Virus genome (UHGV): UHGV-0263785
DNA: 42,602 nucleotides
Strand: one strand, 5' to 3'
Source of the DNA: a virus
Both the position numbers and the translations under genes were made by a program. Numbering within the stretch: position 1 is the first letter of the stretch; every line of letters begins with the position of its first letter. Below are positions 8,558 through 17,312 of this stretch, in pieces. Below the pieces are notes generated by a model. It saw nothing but the letters and a program-made list of their open reading frames with translations, did not search any database and was not told where the DNA came from.

Positions 8558-9741
8558 TACGCAATCCTAATAGCTAAAAAACAGGCAGTCCCAATATCAC
8601 CGACTCCACCGGGTGAATACGCCATGGCTCGCCATGAGCCAATAAGTGGTGTGTCATAAAATGGTTTTGTGGCAATATCCGTGTTATATGAACCGGTATT
8701 ATTTATACTAGCGTAATATAAATCCCCTCCAGCCCATATGGAGCCCGGGAGTATTTGTGGTGCATGATTAATAGCGACAAGCGCATAAGTACCAACCGCG
8801 CCAACAACACCTATTTCCGGTGATGGGTCCGGTGAAAGACTTATATCTATGTTGCCATTTTCATCCGGCGACTCCCCGTTAATCGTTTTAACCGGTTTAA
8901 GATTAGCCTCATTCCAGTATTTATACGTCTGCCCGCCGCACAGTAACACCAGGCCATCATAGTGAACTCCGCGTAATCTATAAAAAACCTTCTGATTGTT
9001 TTCTCCACGGGTCGAAAAATCTAAATAATCGCCCGACACATCTGATAAACCAGCAAATGAAAACAACGTCAAATCAGTGCCCGGTTTGTTTATATTTATT
9101 TGTTTTTTAGAGGATAAAACGTCTTCAAAAATCACATCATCTTTAAAAGTATTTGGATGAGTAAATGCATTACCCTTATCTCTATATGCAACGTCCCCAT
9201 CTATACCAATATTTTTCCGCGCAGCCTGCTGAGCAGTTTCACCATTTGCGGGAATTTCAGATAAGTTTTTACTTATCTGCAAATATTTTTTGTCAGCTTC
9301 CTCGGGAGTTACGTAGTTGTCATATACTACAACATTAACCGTAGATGTGCTGGACACCGCGAGTGTGTATTTATACGTGATTGAAATCAGCGCACCGTTG
9401 CTGTCCGTAGGTTTTAAAATGTCCGGCGAGCGCGCCACAGAGTACAGCTCGCCTTTATCTGTTAATATCCCCACCTCACGGATAGTATAGCCCCCAGTGT
9501 CTGGCGGTACGTAAAGTGTAAAGATAACCTGGTTACCGCTATTTTCTGCGGATTTAATATCCCCACGATACGTCTCGTGAATTAATGCAGTTCGTGCCGG
9601 GTCCGGTGTTACGTCGTCGTTTCCGTTTGCGTCGCCAATAACGAATTTATTCAGCACCACGGGTACACCCGATGCCAGCGCAGCGGCTTCAAGTTGTGCG
9701 CCACGGTCTGTCAGTACTGCGTAAATTTTATTTTCAGCCAT
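8557..9741 (-). CDS. Tail fibre protein (P2 gpH-like N-terminal domain)
   Basis: N-terminus ..VIGDANGNDDVTPDPARTALIHETYRGDI...VPPDTGGYTIREVGILTDKGELYSVA parallels the conserved gpH N-terminal domain; follows gpI. Confidence 0.7.
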   Translation of the reverse strand: MAENKIYAVLTDRGAQLEAAALASGVPVVLNKFVIGDANGNDDVTPDPARTALIHETYRGDIKSAENSGNQVIFTLYVPPDTGGYTIREVGILTDKGELYSVARSPDILKPTDSNGALISITYKYTLAVSSTSTVNVVVYDNYVTPEEADKKYLQISKNLSEIPANGETAQQAARKNIGIDGDVAYRDKGNAFTHPNTFKDDVIFEDVLSSKKQININKPGTDLTLFSFAGLSDVSGDYLDFSTRGENNQKVFYRLRGVHYDGLVLLCGGQTYKYWNEANLKPVKTINGESPDENGNIDISLSPDPSPEIGVVGAVGTYALVAINHAPQILPGSIWAGGDLYYASINNTGSYNTDIATKPFYDTPLIGSWRAMAYSPGGVGDIGTACFLAIRIA

Positions 9742-10360
9742 TTGGCCCTATCTCCACATTTAAACTAACAATTGGTGAGCCCGATATATATAGCCCGCCG
9801 TTAATTTTTACACCGCCGTCGCCGTCTGCTGGGACGTTTACGCCTATTTTCGCGTAAGGTGTACCGGCTATAAAAAACTCACCATCGACACCCGTTTCGA
9901 AATTTATTTCTTTTAATAAGGAACGACAATTTTTTGCATCAAATATTTGTGCAATAAATGTATTCAATAGTTCTAAATCTAACCCCATGCTTTTTAGCAG
10001 ATATATTTTAATTGCGAATGTATACGGGTCGTCCCTGGGCGTGGCTTCAAACCACTCTCTCATTTTGCTCTCAAAGCCAACAGTTAATAACGCTCGTTCA
10101 ACAGCTCCACGCGTTCCGCGGTGCTTATTCTGCCACGCAGCTGCTTTAATAATTTCGCGTTTTTGCTGCTCACTCCAGTCGGGGTTCCAGTAGGTGACCG
10201 CGTACTCCCACGCCAGCCACGGCAACAGATTTGCAGGGCACAAATCGGGATTTTTAATAATTCGAATATCGCCAGGCAGATCGCCGACGTGAGATAAAAC
10301 AACCTCAAGCGCCCTCTCAGGGGTTATTGCGTTCGGAGGCAGTACGCTTTGACTTGTCAT
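9734..10360 (-). CDS. Baseplate/tail protein I (P2 gpI-like)
   Basis: 208 aa; ..LLPWLAWEYAVTYWNPDWSEQQKREIIK.. motif; between gpJ and tail fibre. Confidence 0.7.
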   Translation of the reverse strand: MTSQSVLPPNAITPERALEVVLSHVGDLPGDIRIIKNPDLCPANLLPWLAWEYAVTYWNPDWSEQQKREIIKAAAWQNKHRGTRGAVERALLTVGFESKMREWFEATPRDDPYTFAIKIYLLKSMGLDLELLNTFIAQIFDAKNCRSLLKEINFETGVDGEFFIAGTPYAKIGVNVPADGDGGVKINGGLYISGSPIVSLNVEIGPNG

Positions 10361-10362
10361 GG

Positions 10363-11238
10363 CTACCCCATTTGCACGCTGAGTTTGATTTCTGTGCAGT
10401 ACGGAGCCTGCCCGACGCCAGCGATCACATCCTCTGTTGGCGATATCAGAATCACACGTTCAGTGCCGTCACGATGTATCGCGTCGTAAATTCCTGACAG
10501 AGCTGCCGTCGCTCCGATTTTATGTTGCGTATCCACATATATCGCCAAATCGCTCTGAGCACCGTTAAGCAAAACGTTCTGGTCGGGTCCGAGCCCGGCT
10601 ACGATAACGGCCTCAACCCGGTAATTCAGGTTCGACGCAGGTTTTACAGTCACGAAATCAGTCAGCGGTCGAGTATCGTCAGGAGACAGGGCCGCATTCA
10701 CTGTATTCAGTAGTGATTGAGGCGGAGTGCCGTCGCCGGTTCGCGACAAGACATACATATCGACGTATCCAGGCTGGGTCACCGGCGGGCCGTACGCCTG
10801 AGCTGACAGAACGTCGGGATCACTCGACAGCGCGAAATAGTTATAGGCGTTCGTACTGCCGGCAGTATTCCGCGCATACCATGATAGCTGTATTCGGTGT
10901 CGATACTCGTCGTCACTCTCGTAAACAGCCTCAGTCGGGGGAATTACATCGGGATTAGCTGGCGTTATCAACAGCCGCAGGCAGTCAAAATTAGCGCCAA
11001 TCTGGTCGAGGTCACTCCCCTTTGCAAACGCGAGCAATACAGCGAGCATCCCCTGATTTACCCGAGCTGTAATAATGATTTCTCTGTATGCAACTATTTC
11101 CAGCAGTTTAACGGCCGGGTCTGACTCCAGGAGTGCGTTAAATTGTGGATATAATATCTGCAGCTCTGACAGTAGATTAGATTTAACATCTGAAAATAAC
11201 GGGGTTTTAACGAATGCTGGCGGCGGCAGCAGACTCAT
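10363..11238 (-). CDS. Baseplate assembly protein J (P2 gpJ-like)
   Basis: ..EPAVKLLEIVAYREIIITARVNQ.. matches the gpJ N-terminal pattern; the listed ORF starts at TTG, so start moved to the internal ATG (MSLLPPPAF). Confidence 0.75.
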   Translation of the reverse strand: MSLLPPPAFVKTPLFSDVKSNLLSELQILYPQFNALLESDPAVKLLEIVAYREIIITARVNQGMLAVLLAFAKGSDLDQIGANFDCLRLLITPANPDVIPPTEAVYESDDEYRHRIQLSWYARNTAGSTNAYNYFALSSDPDVLSAQAYGPPVTQPGYVDMYVLSRTGDGTPPQSLLNTVNAALSPDDTRPLTDFVTVKPASNLNYRVEAVIVAGLGPDQNVLLNGAQSDLAIYVDTQHKIGATAALSGIYDAIHRDGTERVILISPTEDVIAGVGQAPYCTEIKLSVQMG

Positions 11239-11279
11239 ATCAATAGTTTTCACTATCGAATTCTGAACTGTTGATGTTA

Positions 11280-11621
11280 TCAAAATATCAGCTCCATATT
11301 ATTAAACTCTAATCGCTGTTGTGTTTCGATATCTGTTGCGATAATTAATATTGTTATTTTCCCGATATCCACTGCTAACACATTTATTCTGTCAATTCTG
11401 ACGCGTGGTTCCCATCGTGCTATTGCGCCAGCGCTTTCCATGATTATTCGCATAGCAAGCGACGGATCTGTGGGATTATCAACAAGATCAAATAATTTGC
11501 TGCCATATTCCGGCAGCATTACACGCGTCCCCAGCGGGGTCGTTAAAATATCAACGATAGACTGACGAATGTGATCAGTCCCCGATAAAAGTTTACCGGT
11601 GTTACGGTCCATTCCAAGCAT
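11280..11621 (-). CDS. Baseplate protein W (P2 gpW / gp25-like)
   Basis: MLGMDRNTGKLLSGTDHIRQSIVDILTTPLGTRVMLPEYGS...ARWEPRV fits the gpW family; start taken at the internal Met to avoid overlap with V. Confidence 0.75.
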   Translation of the reverse strand: MLGMDRNTGKLLSGTDHIRQSIVDILTTPLGTRVMLPEYGSKLFDLVDNPTDPSLAMRIIMESAGAIARWEPRVRIDRINVLAVDIGKITILIIATDIETQQRLEFNNMELIF

Positions 11622-11623
11622 CT

Positions 11624-12541
11624 TTACGCCATTGGTTGGTTCGGTTGTTGAGTTTCCCCGTCCGGACATATATGAGTGTGTCCGTTATACGTTGTGCGGA
11701 CTTCAGTTATTGTGCCTTGTCGGTCCTGCACCTCTTGCCCTGCTAACACACTACCGCGAGTTGTGATATTACCTGTTCCACCGTTATCTCCAGTGACAGA
11801 AATATCGTTACGGAATGTCGCTAATTTATCTACTACTAATGTCTCGGTAATATGCGTTGGACCAGCTAGTGTTATACCACCCGGAGCCCACGCGCTGATT
11901 GTTTGAGCTGTCAGCGATATTCTGTTCGCAGCAGTAACACTAACAGAACTCGTTGCTATAACGTTCACTAAATCAGCATGTGCGTTAATTGTATCTGTCG
12001 CTGTGACATTAATAATATCAGCGTCTGCGTTAATTAATTTCCCACCATGGATATTAACTACATTTTCGCTATTAATAGTAACATCTGCGCGTCCAAATAT
12101 TTCTATTTCAGACTCACCGAGTATTTTTACCACGCCGTCCGGTACGCCCTGCCATGTCAGAGTGTGATTTTTTGTGTTATACGTCATCGTAGCCCCGTCA
12201 CAGTATGCAGTGACATGATCATGGGGGTCATTGCTTGGCGGAGCTTTGTCGTCAATGTGCAGCCCGAGCATAACTACACCGTTCCGCGTATCCCCACCCT
12301 CAGAAACAACAGTAACGGGATCGCCCACTGATGGTGCGCTCCAGTCGACGCGTTCTGAGGTGGCGTGAGTAAACCACTGCAGCCAGCCTGACTGGTGTTC
12401 GCCACCAAATGAGACTCGGCAGCGTGGAGGATTCATTTTAACTGCAGCTATCGTGCCGCGTTTAACTGCGTCACGCAGCCTGCGCGCGTTCTCCGCTGCA
12501 GCATATTCATCGTCCGATTGGGCCATAATAGTCGCCCTCAT
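11624..12541 (-). CDS. Baseplate spike/assembly protein V (P2 gpV-like) with extended C-terminal region
   Basis: ..RCRVSFGGEHQSGWLQWFTHATSERVDWSAPSVGDPV.. parallels the gpV N-terminal domain. Confidence 0.7.
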   Translation of the reverse strand: MRATIMAQSDDEYAAAENARRLRDAVKRGTIAAVKMNPPRCRVSFGGEHQSGWLQWFTHATSERVDWSAPSVGDPVTVVSEGGDTRNGVVMLGLHIDDKAPPSNDPHDHVTAYCDGATMTYNTKNHTLTWQGVPDGVVKILGESEIEIFGRADVTINSENVVNIHGGKLINADADIINVTATDTINAHADLVNVIATSSVSVTAANRISLTAQTISAWAPGGITLAGPTHITETLVVDKLATFRNDISVTGDNGGTGNITTRGSVLAGQEVQDRQGTITEVRTTYNGHTHICPDGETQQPNQPMA

Positions 12542-13043
12542 GTTCTGCGCCGATATCTGGTGCTATTCCGACGTATATATTTTTCAGGGTCCCCTGTGAG
12601 GGATAATCGAAAATATCTGGACCAACGCCTACAACCTGCGTGAACGACACGCACTGAACTGAATGCGAACCGACTGACTGCCCGTTTTTAATCCAGTCGC
12701 ACGGTTCCGCGTCGCTGAATTTTGCCGGTTTAGTTCCGGGACCGAACATTCGCCCATTGATCCAGCTCGTCATATAGAGCGCTGCATTCTGCGATTTCAG
12801 TCCGTACTGATCAGCTGCAAATTCACGCAGCAAATACAAATTACACGACAGCTCGACTGACTGAATTGAGCCTGGAACCGATTCGTCACTCTGTGACCAG
12901 TTGCTGATTTCCAGGAACAGAGCTGGCGTTTCAAATCCAGCCGGAATTTCCGGATAAATTCCGAATGTTTTGATGAACGGTATTTGTAAAACCGCGCCTT
13001 TAACGCGATCAAGATATTCGTCAAATGCATCCAGTCCGCTCAT
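12507..13043 (-). CDS. Phage structural protein, probable tail completion (P2 R/S position)
   Basis: Position between head-tail joining genes and baseplate V; no motif recognised. Confidence 0.35.
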   Translation of the reverse strand: MSGLDAFDEYLDRVKGAVLQIPFIKTFGIYPEIPAGFETPALFLEISNWSQSDESVPGSIQSVELSCNLYLLREFAADQYGLKSQNAALYMTSWINGRMFGPGTKPAKFSDAEPCDWIKNGQSVGSHSVQCVSFTQVVGVGPDIFDYPSQGTLKNIYVGIAPDIGAEHEGDYYGPIGR

Positions 13044-13720
13044 AATCGTTTACCTGTTTTTGGGTCTACGTGGACATTACCTTTCACGCGACCGCGCAAA
13101 TCTTTCTCAAAAAAGCCCATAAAAACAGGGCCAATGTTTTCAAAAATATAATCATCGATAGCATCCTCCAGCGCGTCGTGCACAGGTACGCGAGCCTCTT
13201 CGATTCCTCCGCGATCCAGTCGAATCCAGACACTTTTCGCACCGTAGCGTTTCGCTACGAATGAATCGGGCCAACTCATCATCGCCAGCCCTGCACTTTT
13301 GGGTGTAAAAGTTGCCCCTCTAGCGCCTTTTTTGGTTTTCAAAAACAGGCCGGTCTCAAGATCGCGAGGCTGTTTTTGCCTCCGTGGATTTTGTAATCGC
13401 CCCTTTAGCTCAGATACCCGGAAATCATTCAGACCGTACCAGAGCTTGGCGCTGCTCAGGTCTCCTGCCCCTTCTTTTGTAAAATTACGGCGCTTAATGA
13501 ACGGCTTGATTCGTTTATCTACGGCCTTATGATTTTTAGCTGCCAGTGCAGTCAAAATCATTCCTGCTGAAATTCGGTGCATATGTTTTGCAGTTCGGTT
13601 CAGCGCCCTGTTGTATACCATTAACATTTGATGTTGCGTCGCGCTGATTTCGACTCTGAGCTGCTCCAGCGCCGAAACATCGATATCGAACATCTGCGCG
13701 TTACTACGTAAATCGGCCAC
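13040..13720 (-). CDS. Phage structural protein, probable tail completion / virion morphogenesis
   Basis: Position only. Confidence 0.35.
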   Translation of the reverse strand: MADLRSNAQMFDIDVSALEQLRVEISATQHQMLMVYNRALNRTAKHMHRISAGMILTALAAKNHKAVDKRIKPFIKRRNFTKEGAGDLSSAKLWYGLNDFRVSELKGRLQNPRRQKQPRDLETGLFLKTKKGARGATFTPKSAGLAMMSWPDSFVAKRYGAKSVWIRLDRGGIEEARVPVHDALEDAIDDYIFENIGPVFMGFFEKDLRGRVKGNVHVDPKTGKRL

Positions 13721-13751
13721 GGTTCCCCCTTAAGTGGGACCGAGGTCCCAC

Positions 13752-14132
13752 TTAGTATTTTGAATACTCGCTGTTTTCGCTGGACGTGTGAGGCTCTAAA
13801 AAAATATTCGTGAGCCCTGTGCCATCAGGTTGAGGCTCTTTAACCACGTAATCGGTCCAGCCAGACCAGGTAACAGAGCCGTCAGGTTCGATGCTGCGCT
13901 GCTTTGGAACCTGGACGACGTCACGCGCAACAACGCCAGCGACGTCGTCCGAGAGCGCCGTCAGGCTCGTTACTGTACCGGTAATAAAACCAGCGTGAGG
14001 AACGTCAACGCGCGCGTAAGGCTCGTTGAAAATAGCGATAATGGGGTCGGTTTTACCGCGTAATTTAACGGGCCGTCCCCACTCACGGATCATCTCCTCG
14101 TCGCCGGCCCGGAGGTCATCGTAGTAGCTCAT
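13752..14132 (-). CDS. Putative head-tail joining protein (lambda FII position)
   Basis: Position after FI-like gene. Confidence 0.35.
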   Translation of the reverse strand: MSYYDDLRAGDEEMIREWGRPVKLRGKTDPIIAIFNEPYARVDVPHAGFITGTVTSLTALSDDVAGVVARDVVQVPKQRSIEPDGSVTWSGWTDYVVKEPQPDGTGLTNIFLEPHTSSENSEYSKY

Positions 14133-14548
14133 AGAGCGTAAACGTGATCAGCTGCGATAAGGTCTGCGACCTCCGGTGAATCAACAACAATTTCACGGCC
14201 TGCGGCAACAATCTCGCGAACGCGACGCCCGTTCACGTAGTGATAAACGTCCAGCGTGTTACGCAACTTGACGCGGCGCGTAGCCGGTGCGAGCTCCTGC
14301 TCTTGTGACTGTGAAACGATAGCGCTCGCGATTGATTGAGCGAGTTCATTATCGGTCCCGGACGCAGTATTCACTGTAATCTCGATGCCTCCCGCGTCAC
14401 CGGATTGCTCGTTCAGAATATCGAGCTCTGACTCAGCGCCGGCAACGATTGATTCCAGTTCCGCAATAGTCCCGCTGCGCGGTAATTCGCGACCGAGCTG
14501 AGCGCTCAGATCGTCAATACGCGCCAGCAATTCTGTTTTTGTGCTCAT
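14129..14548 (-). CDS. DNA packaging protein (lambda FI-like)
   Basis: 139 aa acidic protein directly after the major capsid gene; N-terminus ..ELLARIDDLSAQLGREL resembles lambda FI. Confidence 0.45.
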   Translation of the reverse strand: MSTKTELLARIDDLSAQLGRELPRSGTIAELESIVAGAESELDILNEQSGDAGGIEITVNTASGTDNELAQSIASAIVSQSQEQELAPATRRVKLRNTLDVYHYVNGRRVREIVAAGREIVVDSPEVADLIAADHVYAL

Positions 14549-14582
14549 GTTGATTCCTTAACAAAAAAGAGCCTTTCGACTC

Positions 14583-15617
14583 TTACGCGATTTTTACGAC
14601 AACGAACGCGTCGGCGTCCGTGAGGACCATTGCTGGCGCGGATTGCGTCATTGTTTGCGTCACTGCCGGATCACCGGTAGTGGTCCAGACTTTTGGATAG
14701 CGCGTCGCTTCGGAAATACCCTCTTTCAGCGCGTCTTCGTCCTGAATTGCGCCATAAGTGCGGAGCCCGCGGTTTTTTGTGTTGCCAAGGATCATCGTGT
14801 TATCCGGCATATAACGCGTTTCAGTGTCTGTTACCGGGTCGAGGTATTGCCCTTTGTAGACAAACAGCGCAGTGTCGCCGTAGTAGCCTTTAAAGCTGAC
14901 AACGTCGCCCAGGTTTTTCAGCGCGACCTCGAGCTGGCTGTTTGAGCCACGGCGCGTATCCAGTGCCGTCCAGAATTTTTTAAAACGCTTCAACTGCTTC
15001 CAGGCTTTACCATCCATGATGATCACGTTAACCGCACCGGAGGCGAGGTCCGCGTAGGATTCAATATCGTCGCTCGGGTCATACGTTTCCGCGTCCTGAG
15101 TCGACCAGGCTGTCGAACCGGACTGAGTGACGTTATTCGTCGCGCTGCGGCTCATGTCGATCTCATAGGTCTCGATATTGCTGCCGGAAACAGTGTATTT
15201 ACCGTACAGAACAGCCTGTACCGCCTGGAACTCTTCGAGCTGGCTGATGCTCAGTTCCTCATCAAGCAGGTTCTGCATGATGATTTTTGCACGACGTTCG
15301 ACCGGCGTTTCCGGCTGGCCAATCTGCTCACCGGCTGCGCGCTTGATGCTCATATTCGGATTGATCGTGTGCTTGGGTTTCGTGTAACCCGGTTTGAAAT
15401 GGTTCGTTGAATAGCCGCGAGTGCGGTCAACTTTGCCGGTGATCATCGGCGCGCAGTACACGGCCATGTTCACTTTTCCCGGGATTTTATCCAGAAAAAC
15501 CTCTTCGCTCGTAAACGTGTAGGTCTCACGGAAAAACAGCTTTAAAAACAACGGATTGAACTTAAATACCTGCTGTGTCGCGGTAATCAGTTCTGACGTA
15601 GTAAACGAATCGCTCAT
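14583..15617 (-). CDS. Major capsid protein (lambda gpE family)
   Basis: 344 aa; KFNPLFLKLFFRETYTF..KIPGKVNMAVY..GYTKPKH..TYDPSDDIE..TRRGSNSQLE..LPDNTMILGNT..RGLRTYGAIQD..RYPKVWTTTGDPA are near-identical blocks to lambda E as I recall it. Confidence 0.9.
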   Translation of the reverse strand: MSDSFTTSELITATQQVFKFNPLFLKLFFRETYTFTSEEVFLDKIPGKVNMAVYCAPMITGKVDRTRGYSTNHFKPGYTKPKHTINPNMSIKRAAGEQIGQPETPVERRAKIIMQNLLDEELSISQLEEFQAVQAVLYGKYTVSGSNIETYEIDMSRSATNNVTQSGSTAWSTQDAETYDPSDDIESYADLASGAVNVIIMDGKAWKQLKRFKKFWTALDTRRGSNSQLEVALKNLGDVVSFKGYYGDTALFVYKGQYLDPVTDTETRYMPDNTMILGNTKNRGLRTYGAIQDEDALKEGISEATRYPKVWTTTGDPAVTQTMTQSAPAMVLTDADAFVVVKIA

Positions 15618-15675
15618 TTATATATCCTGTTATAAAAAAACCGCCCGGAGGCGGCTTGTTTTGAGTTTTTTGCTA

Positions 15676-16005
15676 TCAGCCGACGCTGATCGGCGTACCC
15701 GCAAATGCTGATTTGCGTTTAGCTACGTCGGTAACCGTACCCCAGTTAATCGCCGTGTAACGGAACGAGCCTGATTTATAGTACGAGCAGTCTGCAGAAC
15801 TGGAGCCAGTATTAACTGCGGTGGCAGTGAGGCCAATAGCTTTACCGACTGAGCCGTCCCAAACCTTAAACGTCCCGACAGTAGCGTCGAGCATAATCGG
15901 TGTCAGCCGGGGTACGTTGATCCCGCCCTGAAAATGACCGACGGTCGTGACAACAAGGTCAGGCCCAAGAATAAAATCGTCCGGGCTATACGTTTCTGTA
16001 GTCAT
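15676..16005 (-). CDS. Head decoration protein (lambda gpD family)
   Basis: 109 aa; ..PIMLDATVGTFKVWDG...YYKSGSFRY....SAFAGTPIS.. parallels lambda D. Confidence 0.8.
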   Translation of the reverse strand: MTTETYSPDDFILGPDLVVTTVGHFQGGINVPRLTPIMLDATVGTFKVWDGSVGKAIGLTATAVNTGSSSADCSYYKSGSFRYTAINWGTVTDVAKRKSAFAGTPISVG

Positions 16006-17312
16006 TATTCATCCCCTAAAATTGAACGCCCTGCAGCAACCAGCATCGAGACGTTTGCGGTTGTTCCTGTTGCCGTAGTACTGCCAGCATCCTGAATAGT
16101 CGCTGGTGATTCAGTGCTCATTAGTGTATCGAGCGCCGTTTCTGTCCGCGCCTGCGCCGTTTTAGGTGCTGCAGCGAGGACTACCTGCGCCTGCCCGACC
16201 GTCATCCCGGGGACGCCAGCGAGCGCTTTTGCCTGCGCCTCGCGCCCAACAGCTTCGGGACAATTGATGATGGCCATCACACGCGCCAGTTCGCTTGATG
16301 CGGCGTCCGCGCGAATCTGCTCCGTGTTAAACTCAACCTGCGCGACAGTAGTCGTGGTCGCGGTTTGTTCTGTGGTCGTGGTCTCCGCCGTGGTTTCTGT
16401 ACCAGACATAAAGCGCTCCATTTTTGGTTTCAGTGCGTCGGCCATCACTGCGATAGCGTCCGCGTAATTAACGAGTTGATCAGCGAGACCAGATTTAATC
16501 GCGTCCGCGCCGATAAATACTGCAGCTTCCGTGGCCAGCACCCTGGATTTTTTCAGCCCGGTATAATCCGAGACTTTTTGCGCGAACTGCTCGCGCGTGC
16601 TGTTAATACTCAGCTGGAATTCGTCGCGAACGTCGCCTGGCAGCTGGGAATACGGGTTCCCGTCAACTTTGTGCGCGCCGGCGTAAATCAGCGTCACGTC
16701 GACGCCAGCAATCTCCAGCGCTTTTTCGACGCAGCGGTGAGCCATCAGGACACCGATTGAACCAACTGTGCCTGTCTGCGTTATCAGCCGGCGCGAACAC
16801 GCTGACGCCAGCAAATAGGCAGCGCTGCAGGCCGTATCGCTGGCCAGCGCCCACACAGGTTTTTGCTCTCGCGCCCGGGCGATTAAATCAGCAGTATCAA
16901 ACGCGCCGGCGACTTCACCGCCAGGGGAGTCAATATCAAGCAGGACCCCTCTTACATCGGGATCAGAAATCGCCTGCTGCAGGCGTTTTGCGATTCCGTT
17001 GTAACCGCTCATCCCGCTAACTGGGTTGATATAACCCAATTTATGAACCAGCGTCCCGGTAACCGGCAGAACGGCTATACCACGCTCCACGCGATACGAT
17101 TTCTGGCGTGTTCGCTCGCTGCTGTCCCACCCCATCGCGAGCGCGTTCATTTCGTCGCTGTTCATTACCTCTCCAGACGCTGTATCAATCAGTCGCCCGG
17201 TACCGAACCGGTCGCTCAGCGCCGAAAAAAATACCCGCGCGTAGGTGGGCTCCAGCAAAAGCGGTTGATTGAACGCCCTGGCGGCGAGGTGCGGAAAATT
17301 GTTCCACGGCAT
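16005..17312 (-). CDS. Head protease / minor capsid protein C (S49 family, lambda gpC-like)
   Basis: 435 aa; ..GYNGIAKRLQQAISDPDVRGVLLDIDSPGGEVAGAF..PVWALASDTACSAAYLLASACSRRL..SHKVDGNPYS.. parallels lambda C. Confidence 0.85.
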   Translation of the reverse strand: MPWNNFPHLAARAFNQPLLLEPTYARVFFSALSDRFGTGRLIDTASGEVMNSDEMNALAMGWDSSERTRQKSYRVERGIAVLPVTGTLVHKLGYINPVSGMSGYNGIAKRLQQAISDPDVRGVLLDIDSPGGEVAGAFDTADLIARAREQKPVWALASDTACSAAYLLASACSRRLITQTGTVGSIGVLMAHRCVEKALEIAGVDVTLIYAGAHKVDGNPYSQLPGDVRDEFQLSINSTREQFAQKVSDYTGLKKSRVLATEAAVFIGADAIKSGLADQLVNYADAIAVMADALKPKMERFMSGTETTAETTTTEQTATTTTVAQVEFNTEQIRADAASSELARVMAIINCPEAVGREAQAKALAGVPGMTVGQAQVVLAAAPKTAQARTETALDTLMSTESPATIQDAGSTTATGTTANVSMLVAAGRSILGDE